Part shown: positions 39,581-48,132 of the stretch, one piece after another
Position numbering within the stretch: position 1 is the first letter of the stretch
Layout of the letters: each line of letters begins with the position of its first letter
Assembly: GCA_902801525.1 (NCBI GenBank)
Contig: CADCIN010000004.1
Coordinates: 16,948-80,947 of the forward strand
Length of the DNA: 64,000 nt
Source: an uncultured Erysipelotrichaceae bacterium
GTDB taxonomy: Bacteria; Bacillota_I; Bacilli_A; RF39; UBA660
Direction: 5' to 3'
The notes under the pieces: generated by a model
Database searches by the model: none
What the model was told of the DNA's origin: nothing
The model's input: the letters and a program-made list of their open reading frames with translations, nothing else
Made by a program: the position numbers and the translations under genes

Positions 39581-40690
39581 CTACTTTCTCTCTATTTTTC
39601 CATTTTTTACATAAAATACATAAGCATCATTTAAATATTTTTTATTAATATTTTTTAAATCAGTAGTAGTAACAATACTTTGAATATCATTATTTATTAT
39701 TTTTAATAATCTATTTCTTTTCTTTATATCAAGTTCTGAAAAGATATCATCTAGTAATAAAACAGGTTTAGTACCAGTATAATTATTAAAAATATTAATT
39801 TCTGATAATTTATAAGATAAAACAGCTACTTTTTGTTGTCCCTGAGAACCAAATAGTTTTAAGTTTATTTCATTTAAAACAAACTCAAAATCATCTCTAT
39901 GAGGTCCATATAAAGTCATTCCATAACTTTGTTCCTTTATATAATTATCTTTAAATTTCTTTAAAAGTTTTTCTTTTAATATATCATGATCAAAATCATC
40001 TATTTCAACATTTGGAACATAATTAATAAATAAATTATCTTCTCCCATAATATTTTTAAAGTAATAATTAATATTTTCGTTAATAAATTCAACATAATTA
40101 TTTCTCATATTATATATAACAATAGCTTTTTCAACGAGTTTATCAGTTATAATATCAAGATAACTTTTGTCTGCTATTGAATTATTAAACAAAACTTTTA
40201 AATATTCATTTCTTGTCTTTAAAATCTTATTGTATTCATTATATGTATTTAAATATTCTTTTGATATTTGTGATAGTTGAATATTAAGTAAATTTCTTCT
40301 AATATTAGGTGATCCCTTGATAATATCAATATCATCAGGAGTAAATACTATAATACCTAAATTAGAAATATAATCAGCAATTTTTTTTACCTTATCATTA
40401 TTAATAAATATTTGTTTTTCATTCTTAGATATACGAATTTCTAATTTTTTTATTATTTTATCATTTTTAACAACACCTTTAATTTTTGCCATATTCTTAT
40501 CAAACATTACAATATTTGGATTATTTATCGTCCTATGAGACTTAGTTAAGGCAAGAATAACGATACTCTCCAAAATATTGGTCTTTCCTTGAGCATTATC
40601 TCCGACAAAGATATTCATGTTATTATTAAATTTAAGTGATAAAGTTTCGTAATTTCTAAAATTTTTAAGTTCTAATTTAGTAATTTTCAT
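39581..40690 (-). CDS. recF: DNA replication and repair protein RecF
   Basis: LKNFRNY and Walker [10 protein letters not shown], signature SQGQQ, Walker [12 protein letters not shown]. Confidence 0.95.
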   Translation of the reverse strand: MKITKLELKNFRNYETLSLKFNNNMNIFVGDNAQGKTNILESIVILALTKSHRTINNPNIVMFDKNMAKIKGVVKNDKIIKKLEIRISKNEKQIFINNDKVKKIADYISNLGIIVFTPDDIDIIKGSPNIRRNLLNIQLSQISKEYLNTYNEYNKILKTRNEYLKVLFNNSIADKSYLDIITDKLVEKAIVIYNMRNNYVEFINENINYYFKNIMGEDNLFINYVPNVEIDDFDHDILKEKLLKKFKDNYIKEQSYGMTLYGPHRDDFEFVLNEINLKLFGSQGQQKVAVLSYKLSEINIFNNYTGTKPVLLLDDIFSELDIKKRNRLLKIINNDIQSIVTTTDLKNINKKYLNDAYVFYVKNGKIERK

Positions 40691-40757
40691 AAAAAGTTAA
40701 AAAATCCCTCATATAATCACCTATCCCCTACTTGAGTATTCCTATACATACGAATAT

Positions 40758-40766
40758 ATTATACCA
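40758..40766 (-). promoter_or_regulatory. Extended -10 promoter element upstream of recF
   Basis: The minus strand reads TGGTATAAT, downstream of the comK terminator. Confidence 0.45.
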
Positions 40767-40785
40767 TAAAATGAGGTTTAAATCA

Positions 40786-40812
40786 CTAAAAAATAGCTTT
40801 TACAAGCTATTT
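40786..40812 (-). terminator. Rho-independent terminator after comK (hairpin flanked by runs on both strands)
   Basis: ATAGCTT-loop-AAGCTAT hairpin. The minus strand has a U5 run, and the plus strand has T7. Confidence 0.6.
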
Positions 40813-40823
40813 TTTTACTAAAT

Positions 40824-41267
40824 CTACTTAATTTTTCTATTTCTCATAATTAAATCTAATCTTGATGATTTAGATACTTGATTTTCAAGTGATCTAAATG
40901 AAACAGGAACGTCAATTGTAACCCCATTATCAAAGATAATTTTTGAACAGTTATTCTCAGCTCTAGTAAAGTTTTTAATTCTATTTAAAAATAACCAAAT
41001 ACAATCATCTGAACTAGGTGAAGTTGTTGGAAAAACAACCAAATTAAGTCTATCTTCAACTATAATAGGTAATTTATACTCAGATCCTAAAATAGATTTA
41101 GCACCTTCCTTTCTACCTTCATACGAACTTCCAAAGTATTTACAACCATCTTCCATTATTTTAAATGGAGTTTGATTTACTACAAAAGTACTTTCATCTT
41201 CATAAATCAAACTATCGTTTCCTTTAGGTAAAATTGCTAATGTTCCGCAGTTAATTTCATAATTCAT
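40824..41267 (-). CDS. comK: ComK-family competence transcription factor homologue (short)
   Basis: Collinear with B. subtilis ComK: YFGSSYEGRKEGA (FFGSSYAGRKAGT), KLPIIVED, VFPTTSPSS..CIW, and SFRSLENQV (SYNSFENQV). Lacks the Bacillus C-terminal ~40 aa. Confidence 0.7.
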   Translation of the reverse strand: MNYEINCGTLAILPKGNDSLIYEDESTFVVNQTPFKIMEDGCKYFGSSYEGRKEGAKSILGSEYKLPIIVEDRLNLVVFPTTSPSSDDCIWLFLNRIKNFTRAENNCSKIIFDNGVTIDVPVSFRSLENQVSKSSRLDLIMRNRKIK

Positions 41268-41376
41268 TTTAATACCCCCTTACCGCTATGAAAAGGTACT
41301 ATTTTTCCCTTTTCGACATTAAAATAACACAACCTAATGTCGGAATCTGTCTAATTTTGACAAATTTTAAAAAAAT

Positions 41377-41408
41377 TTAAAAAAAAGAATAAAAACTAAT
41401 TTATTCTT
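41377..41408 (-). terminator. Rho-independent terminator after dnaN
   Basis: 9-bp stem AAGAATAAA/TTTATTCTT, followed on the minus strand by a U-run. Confidence 0.75.
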
Positions 41409-41444
41409 TAAATATATATTATATTTTTTAAATTTTAGACCCCA

Positions 41445-42572
41445 TTAATATGTTCTAATTGGTAAAACTAATTGAGTTAAAGTCTCATCTTCACTTGATT
41501 TTATAAGAATTGGTTTAACTTCTCCAACGAAATTAATATCAACAGTTTCTGTGGAAAAACTTTTTAAGGCTTCCATCATATATTTAGCACTAAATGATAT
41601 TTTAATATCCTCTTCACTACTCTTAGTAATTGGCATTTTTTCTTCAACTCTACCAATTTCAGCAGAAGAACTTCTTAAAATTAGTGTATTTCCTTTAGTT
41701 TCTAAAGTAACAACATTCTTTTCTTTATCACTTGTTAAAATACTAACGCGATCTATAACATTATAAAAATCATTTAATTTAGTAGAAACTACTAATAATG
41801 CATCGTCTGGTAATAAATTAGAAGTATTTGGATAAGTACCATTAATTAATCTAGATTCAAATTTTAAATTATTATTTTTAAATAAGATTTTATTATTAAA
41901 GATATGTAATTCTACATCACTCTCATCATCAGTAATGATTCTAGAAAATTCTAAAATATTATGACTTGGAATAACAATATTATAATTATCTTCACTACTT
42001 TTATCTAATTTAACAACTTTTCGAGCTAATCTATAAGAATCAGTAGAATTACATTCCAATATATCACCTACTATATTAAAATTTATACCAGTTAAAATTG
42101 GTTTACTTTCTTCAGTAGAAGATGCAAAGGCAGTTTGATTAACTATATTTTTAAATACAGATGCATTTAAAACAATTTTCTTTTTACTTTCATCTAAACC
42201 TATATTAGGATATTCACTTTCACTAATACCATTTAAATTAAATTCACTGTTTTCTGTGTAAATAAGTATCTTTAGTTCATCAACAACTTCAATATTAATA
42301 AACTTATCAGGTAATTTACGAACAATATCTAAAATATATTTACCTTGTATAATAATACTACCTTCACTTTCAACTTTAAAATCAACTTCATTAGCAGTTT
42401 CTATTGAAGTTTGAATAGTGATATCATTATCACTAGCAGTTAAAGTTAATTTATTCTTTTTTAATTCAAATTTTATACCAGCAAGAACTGGAATTAAGTT
42501 TTTAGTTGAGATTGCTTTTGATACTTTATTTAAAGCATCTAATAATAATTCTTTTTTTATTGTAAATTTCAT
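41445..42572 (-). CDS. dnaN: DNA polymerase III beta sliding clamp
   Basis: 375 aa, three-domain clamp pattern. MKFTIKKELLLDALNKVSKAIS start. Position after dnaA. Confidence 0.95.
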   Translation of the reverse strand: MKFTIKKELLLDALNKVSKAISTKNLIPVLAGIKFELKKNKLTLTASDNDITIQTSIETANEVDFKVESEGSIIIQGKYILDIVRKLPDKFINIEVVDELKILIYTENSEFNLNGISESEYPNIGLDESKKKIVLNASVFKNIVNQTAFASSTEESKPILTGINFNIVGDILECNSTDSYRLARKVVKLDKSSEDNYNIVIPSHNILEFSRIITDDESDVELHIFNNKILFKNNNLKFESRLINGTYPNTSNLLPDDALLVVSTKLNDFYNVIDRVSILTSDKEKNVVTLETKGNTLILRSSSAEIGRVEEKMPITKSSEEDIKISFSAKYMMEALKSFSTETVDINFVGEVKPILIKSSEDETLTQLVLPIRTY

Positions 42573-42704
42573 TTATATTCCTTCTTTCTTTTTAAGTTAT
42601 TTATATTATTACTGTGGAAAAAGATTAAAACTATATTTTTATCCGATAAAATAAAGAAAAAATCAAAATTTTACTTGTGGATAAAATGTTATTAATTAAT
42701 TTTT
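42573..42704 (-). other. oriC: oriC, dnaA-dnaN intergenic part (DnaA boxes plus candidate unwinding region)
   Basis: The minus strand reads TTATCCACA (42684..42676, perfect), TTATCGGAT-like, and TTTTCCACA (42621..42613). The last box is followed by G-TAATAATATAAATAA, which is AT-only and trio-like. Confidence 0.7.
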
Positions 42705-44102
42705 TTACACAATACCAATATCTTTTTTTAGTTTTTCTATAATATTAGATAAGTCTTTATTTACTTTTATCTCTTTTTCTATTTTTTCAACAGAATGCAT
42801 TACTGTTGAATGGTCTTTTCCACCAAATTCTGTTCCTATTTTAGGAAATGATTCACTTGTCATAGTTCTGCACAAGTACATTGCAATTTGTCTTGGAAAA
42901 GAAATATTAGAACTTCTCTTCTTACTCCTAATATCTTCCACAGATATTTGGAAGTACTCAGATACTATTTTTTGTATTCTGTGAATATCGTTCTTTTCAC
43001 TAATTCCTTTACTAATAAAGTCTTTTAAAGCTTCTATTGCAAGATCTAGTGTTATTTTTGCACCACCCATAATTGTTGAATATGCAATCAATCTAGTAAT
43101 TGATCCTTCAAGTTGTCTAACATCAGTTCCAATATTTGATGCTATATACTCTATTACATCTTCTGGAATTTCTGTTTCAAAGTTTCCAGCACTAATTTTT
43201 CTTTTTAAAATATTTGTTCTAAGTTCAAAGTCAGGTGGAAAAATATTAACTGTTAATCCCCAACAAAATCTTGTTCTTAAACGATCAGCTAGTAATTTTA
43301 AATCATCAGGTGACCTATCAGATGAAATAATAATTTGTTTACTATCATTGTATAAAGTATTAAATGTGTGGAAAAATTCTTTTTGAGTTTGTGTTGCTCC
43401 ACCTAAAAATTGAATATCATCAATAATTAATACATCAACATTTCTATATTTATTTTTAAAAAAATCAATATAATTAAAGTTATTACCTTCATCATCCTTT
43501 TTACTAGTACCTACAAAATCCTCAATAAATTGATCACTTGTAACATATAAAACACGTTTATTAGAATTATCAACAATATAATTTCCAATTGCATGCATTA
43601 AGTGAGTCTTACCTAACCCACTATTTCCAAAGATAAAAAGTGGATTATACATAGTTCCAGGATTTTCAGCAACAGATAAGGCCGCGGCCTGTGCAAACTT
43701 ATTACTACTTCCTATAATAAAGTTATCAAAATTATATTTGTTATTTAAATTAGAATTTACATACCCATCATTATTAAATAGATTACCTGGTGAAAAATTG
43801 TTATCAACAGGATTTGTGGATATTTTATTTTTTTCTTGTTCTTCTATTTCTTCACTTAACATAAAAATAAGTTCATAATTAGTATTAGTAAGATTATATA
43901 AACCGTTAATAATAAGTTCAGAATAATTATCTTCTAAATGTTTTTTATGAATCTTCATAGGAACTATTATATATGCTTTTCCGTTATCAAATTTATAAAG
44001 AGAAGTTTCTTTAAACCAAGTTTCAAAAGAAAGAGATGTTAGTTCGTCTTTTATTTGCTTTAAAAAATTAGACCAAATTATATCGACATTCAACTCCACC
44101 AT
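42705..44102 (-). CDS. dnaA: Chromosomal replication initiator protein DnaA
   Basis: Walker A GNSGLGKTHL, IIDDIQF, box VII/VIII, and a C-terminal DnaA-box binding HTH (FGGKDHSTVMHS). Confidence 0.97.
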   Translation of the reverse strand: MVELNVDIIWSNFLKQIKDELTSLSFETWFKETSLYKFDNGKAYIIVPMKIHKKHLEDNYSELIINGLYNLTNTNYELIFMLSEEIEEQEKNKISTNPVDNNFSPGNLFNNDGYVNSNLNNKYNFDNFIIGSSNKFAQAAALSVAENPGTMYNPLFIFGNSGLGKTHLMHAIGNYIVDNSNKRVLYVTSDQFIEDFVGTSKKDDEGNNFNYIDFFKNKYRNVDVLIIDDIQFLGGATQTQKEFFHTFNTLYNDSKQIIISSDRSPDDLKLLADRLRTRFCWGLTVNIFPPDFELRTNILKRKISAGNFETEIPEDVIEYIASNIGTDVRQLEGSITRLIAYSTIMGGAKITLDLAIEALKDFISKGISEKNDIHRIQKIVSEYFQISVEDIRSKKRSSNISFPRQIAMYLCRTMTSESFPKIGTEFGGKDHSTVMHSVEKIEKEIKVNKDLSNIIEKLKKDIGIV

Positions 44103-44364
44103 CTCCCCACAAGATAAATAATTTAAAAATAGTGTACATTAAATTGTGAAAAAAATAAACAAAAAAATTCAAAAAATAATAATTCACAACTATTCCACAA
44201 TTTTTTCAACAAATTAAATCTAAATATAACAACAAAAAAATAAGTTTTCCACATTTTCCACAGATTTTTTAAACACATACGTCAAAAAGTATTCCACAAG
44301 ATTGTGAATTAAGTTAAAAAAAATAAAATATAATCATTTTATATATAAATAATAAAATTTTTAA
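44103..44364. other. oriC: oriC, dnaA-upstream DnaA-box cluster
   Basis: Tandem TTTTCCACATTTTCCACA (44245..44262). TATTCCACA at 44191..44199 and 44290..44298. TAATTCACA-type boxes at 44180..44188 (+) and 44303..44311 (-), and further TTCACA variants. The strand switch of all genes occurs here. Confidence 0.8.
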
Positions 44365-44394
44365 TTGACAAATAACTGTGAATTTTATTATAAT
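44365..44394 (+). promoter_or_regulatory. Sigma-A type promoter of rpmH
   Basis: TTGACA-18 nt-TATAAT, about 30 nt upstream of the rpmH RBS GGAGGTGG. Confidence 0.65.
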
Positions 44395-44425
44395 AAGATA
44401 GATTTATGTCTGGAGGTGGAAAAAA

Positions 44426-44548
44426 ATGAAAAGAACTTATCAACCAAATAATCGTAAAAAAGCCAAAAAATTAGGTTTCTTTGCACGTAAAAAAACAAAT
44501 ATTTTAAATCGTCGTCGTCGTAAAGGACGCAAAACTCTTTGTAAATAA
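44426..44548 (+). CDS. rpmH: 50S ribosomal protein L34
   Basis: 40-aa ORF not in the track: [40 protein letters not shown]. Canonical L34 start MKRT.QP and [16 protein letters not shown]. Confidence 0.93.
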   Translation: MKRTYQPNNRKKAKKLGFFARKKTNILNRRRRKGRKTLCK

Positions 44549-44557
44549 TAAAATAAT

Positions 44558-44586
44558 ACCGCTGATAAATTCAGTGGTTTTTTTAA
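44558..44586 (+). terminator. Rho-independent terminator after rpmH
   Basis: ACCGCTGA-TAAAT-TCAGTGGT (8 bp including one G-U), followed by T8. Confidence 0.7.
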
Positions 44587-44610
44587 ATTAATGAGAGGAA
44601 AGTGTTTTTA

Positions 44611-44967
44611 ATGAAAAAGAAATTTATTGTTAAAAATCAAAGGGATTTTACAAAAATAATAAAATCAAGAAAATTCGTAAAAAATAATGTTTTTGTAATT
44701 TATTATCTTAATAATGAAGAAAAATATGATCGATTTGGAGTATCAGTTGGTACAAAATTAGGTAATGCAGTATTTAGAAATAAATATAAAAGAAAAATAA
44801 GAGCCATTGTCGATAATTATAAGAAAACAAAAAAAGACTATGTAAATTATAAAGACTATATTATAATATTAAGAGAGAAGGGATCAAACTTATCTTACAA
44901 AGAATTAGAAGAAAATTTTGTATCCTTAATGAATATTATAAGAAAGGAAGATAAAATTGATAAATAA
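44611..44967 (+). CDS. rnpA: Ribonuclease P protein component
   Basis: Basic 118 aa. FGVSVGTKLGNAVFRNKYKRKIR (RNR-like motif). ATG after GAGAGGAAAG. Follows rpmH. Confidence 0.88.
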   Translation: MKKKFIVKNQRDFTKIIKSRKFVKNNVFVIYYLNNEEKYDRFGVSVGTKLGNAVFRNKYKRKIRAIVDNYKKTKKDYVNYKDYIIILREKGSNLSYKELEENFVSLMNIIRKEDKIDK

Positions 44968-45898
44968 AAAATTAATGAAAAAAATAAGAATAGTACTAAT
45001 TATTTTACTGTTAATTATATCAACTGGATGTACTAAGACATTAAAAGATTCAAATAAAAATCCAGTAAAGAATAAATTAACCGGTCAAAATTTGACAAAA
45101 AATATTTTATGTCAGCCAACAGATAAGAAAACAATTGAATTATACAAAAAAAACAAAGTAGAGATAAACAAATTACCAAAGTGTAGTGAATTTAAAGCAA
45201 CTACAGGAAAATATGAAGGATTGTGGACAAGTATATTTATAAAACCATTAGCATTTATATTATTATGGCTAGGTAAAATTGTAAAAAATAATGGTATATC
45301 ATTAATAATTGTTAGTTTAATTATAAGATTAATAGCATATCCAATTACTAAAAAAACTGCACTTCAATCTGAACAAATGAAAAAAGCACAACCAGAAATA
45401 AAAAAGATTCAAAATAAATATAAAGATAAACAAGATCAAGAATCAATGATGAAGCAAAGTCAAGAAATGATGATGCTTTATAAAAAATATAATATAAGTC
45501 CAATGGCAGGTTGTATTTTTTCAATGATTCAATTACCTTTATTTATAGCATTCTTAGAAGCAGTTCAAAGAACACCTGCAATATTTGAAGATAAATTAAT
45601 AGGATTACAATTAGGAACAACTCCAACAATAGGAATTACAACATCAACTTGGTTCATGTATTTTCTTATTATAATATTAGTAGGTGGAACTACATTTTAT
45701 ACATTTAAAATGAATATGGCTGGAAATAATCAAGATCCTAACATGAAAATGATGCCAATTTATATGACAATAACAATTGTAATTATGGCATTTGTAATGC
45801 CATCAGCACTTGGTATTTATTGGATAACATCAAATTTATTTACTATTGTTCAAAGTATTATTGTTAAAAGGAGTAAAGAAGCAAATGGAAAAGCATAG
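44957..45898 (+). CDS. yidC: Membrane protein insertase YidC/SpoIIIJ family (lipoprotein type)
   Basis: Lipobox LLIISTGC and the 60-kDa inner-membrane-protein core (PITKKTALQSEQMKKAQPEIKKIQ..., GIYWITSNLF). TTG start preceded by AAGGAAG. An alternative ATG lies at 44975. Confidence 0.88.
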   Translation: MINKKLMKKIRIVLIILLLIISTGCTKTLKDSNKNPVKNKLTGQNLTKNILCQPTDKKTIELYKKNKVEINKLPKCSEFKATTGKYEGLWTSIFIKPLAFILLWLGKIVKNNGISLIIVSLIIRLIAYPITKKTALQSEQMKKAQPEIKKIQNKYKDKQDQESMMKQSQEMMMLYKKYNISPMAGCIFSMIQLPLFIAFLEAVQRTPAIFEDKLIGLQLGTTPTIGITTSTWFMYFLIIILVGGTTFYTFKMNMAGNNQDPNMKMMPIYMTITIVIMAFVMPSALGIYWITSNLFTIVQSIIVKRSKEANGKA

Positions 45899-46499
45899 TT
45901 ATACCGGAAAAACAAAGGAAGAAGCTATTCAAAAAGCCATCACAGATTTACAAGAAGTAACAGAAAACTTATTTATTAGAGAATTAGAAAATGAAAAAAC
46001 TGGATTATTTAAAAGCAAAAAAGTTGAAATTGAAGTAATTGAAAAAAGAGAAGTAAGAGATAATATAAAAAGAATTTTAATTAAAATATTAAAAGATATG
46101 GGATTTGAAACAACAATAGAAATTAAAAATAAGAATGAAGTACCAACATATGAAATATATTCTGATAATGATGCTTTATTGATTGGAAAGAATGGAAAAA
46201 ATTTACAAGCTTTATCAGTTATTGTTCATCAGATAATAAAAAAAGAAATTAATCATGAATATAAATTTTTGTTAGATGTGAATTCTTATAGAGAAAAAAG
46301 AGATCATATACTTGAGAGATTAGCAAGAAAAATTGCAAAAGAAGTTGTTGATACTCAAATTGAAGTTAAATTAGATTCAATGAATTCATATGAAAGAAGA
46401 ATAATTCACAATGCTTTGGCTAATAATAAAAAAGTTTTTACAGAAAGTACTGGTGAAGAACCAAATAGGCATGTAGTAATAAAGCCAGTAGAAAAATAA
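45885..46499 (+). CDS. jag: RNA-binding protein Jag/KhpB (Jag_N, KH, R3H)
   Basis: MEKHSYTGKTKEEAIQKA (Jag_N), KH-like GKNGKNLQAL, and R3H YERRIIHNAL. ATG preceded by AAGGAG. Confidence 0.88.
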   Translation: MEKHSYTGKTKEEAIQKAITDLQEVTENLFIRELENEKTGLFKSKKVEIEVIEKREVRDNIKRILIKILKDMGFETTIEIKNKNEVPTYEIYSDNDALLIGKNGKNLQALSVIVHQIIKKEINHEYKFLLDVNSYREKRDHILERLARKIAKEVVDTQIEVKLDSMNSYERRIIHNALANNKKVFTESTGEEPNRHVVIKPVEK

Positions 46500-46763
46500 A
46501 GAGCAATAATAATTTGCTTTTTTTTTGTATATAGTTGTGTTATAATAAGCCTTGAAAAAAAGAAAATGGAGATTTATTATGAAAAAAAAATAAAAAAAGC
46601 TTAGATGTAGTTTTAAAAGAAAATAAATTAGTGAAAAATTATATAAAAAAATTAAATAATACAATGATTTACTTGATTTATATAAAAAAATTGAATAACT
46701 TACAAAAGAAATAAGTGAAGAAAAATCAAAAATAAAAGTTAAAAATTAAAAAGAGGTGATTGT

Positions 46764-48119
46764 ATGAATGATACAATAGTTGCAATTTCAACAGCAATAG
46801 GAGTAGGTGGAATTGCAATAGTTAGAGTTAGTGGTAATGATGCTATTAAAATAGTTAATGATTGTTTTAAAGGAAAAGACCTTGAAAGTGTTGAAAGTCA
46901 TACTATTAATTATGGACACATTATAGATAATAATGAAATTATAGATGAAGTATTAGTATCAATTATGAAAGCACCAAAAACATATACGACAGAAGATACA
47001 GTAGAAATTAATTGCCATGGAGGAATAATTTCTACAAATAGGGTGTTAGAAACAATATTAAATCATGGTGCTAGACTTGCTGAACCAGGAGAATTTACAA
47101 AAAGAGCTTTTTTAAATGGAAGAATTGATTTATCACAAAGTGAAGCAATAATGGATATTATTGAAAGTAAAAGTGAACAGGCAAGAAAGATTGCTATGAA
47201 ACAATTAGATGGTTCAATATCAAATATAATAAAAGATTTTAGAGAAAAATTAAAAAATCTTTTATCTTCAATTGAAGTAAATATTGATTACCCTGAGTAT
47301 AATGATATAGAAGTAGTTACAAAAGAAAAAATAAAAGATAATATTAATGTAATGAAAAAAGAATTAAATGAAATTATAGAAAATTCAAAGAACTCAAATA
47401 TCTTAAAAGAAGGAATTAAAACAGTTATAGTAGGAAGACCTAATGTGGGTAAAAGTAGTATTTTAAATCAATTACTTGAACAAGAAAAGGCAATAGTCAC
47501 AGATATCGAAGGTACTACAAGAGATATAGTTGAAGGTGATATTCTTATAAGTGGAATACCACTAAATATTATAGATACTGCAGGTATTAGAAAAACCGAT
47601 GACAAAGTAGAAAAAATAGGTGTTGAAAAAAGTTTATCAATGATAAATGAAGCAAATTTAGTAATTGTTGTCTTAAATAAAAATGAAAAATTAAAAGAAG
47701 AAGATAAAGAAATACTTGAAAAAACAAAAGATAAAACAAGAATAATAGTCTTAAATAAAAATGATTTAGAAAATAATATAGATTTAAATATTGAAGAATA
47801 TGATAATGTTATTGAAACTAATACAAAATCATTACAAGGAATAATTACCCTAAAAAATAAAATAAAAGATATGTTTAACTTAGAACAAATAAAATCTAAT
47901 GATCAAACATATTTAACCAATGCAAGACAAGTTTCTTTAGCAAAACAATCATTACAATCTTTATTAGATGCTGAAAAATCATTAGAATTAGAATTACCAA
48001 TAGATATGGTAGAAATAGATTTGAAAGAATGTTTTGAAAAACTAGGTGAAATAATTGGAGAAACTTATAGTGAAGAAATAATTGATAATTTATTTGATAA
48101 ATTTTGTGTAGGAAAATAG
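46764..48119 (+). CDS. mnmE: tRNA modification GTPase MnmE
   Basis: DTIVAISTA, G1 GRPNVGKSS, G3 DTAG, and C-terminal FCVGK. Confidence 0.95.
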   Translation: MNDTIVAISTAIGVGGIAIVRVSGNDAIKIVNDCFKGKDLESVESHTINYGHIIDNNEIIDEVLVSIMKAPKTYTTEDTVEINCHGGIISTNRVLETILNHGARLAEPGEFTKRAFLNGRIDLSQSEAIMDIIESKSEQARKIAMKQLDGSISNIIKDFREKLKNLLSSIEVNIDYPEYNDIEVVTKEKIKDNINVMKKELNEIIENSKNSNILKEGIKTVIVGRPNVGKSSILNQLLEQEKAIVTDIEGTTRDIVEGDILISGIPLNIIDTAGIRKTDDKVEKIGVEKSLSMINEANLVIVVLNKNEKLKEEDKEILEKTKDKTRIIVLNKNDLENNIDLNIEEYDNVIETNTKSLQGIITLKNKIKDMFNLEQIKSNDQTYLTNARQVSLAKQSLQSLLDAEKSLELELPIDMVEIDLKECFEKLGEIIGETYSEEIIDNLFDKFCVGK

Positions 48120-48132
48120 AAGGTGAAAAAGA

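Noticed and set aside
46386-46664. 92-aa minus-strand ORF spanning the jag 3' end and spacer.
   Set aside because: It opposes the replication-co-oriented gene direction, overlaps jag, and has an extremely Phe/Tyr/Leu-rich composition from reading poly-A/T. No RBS.
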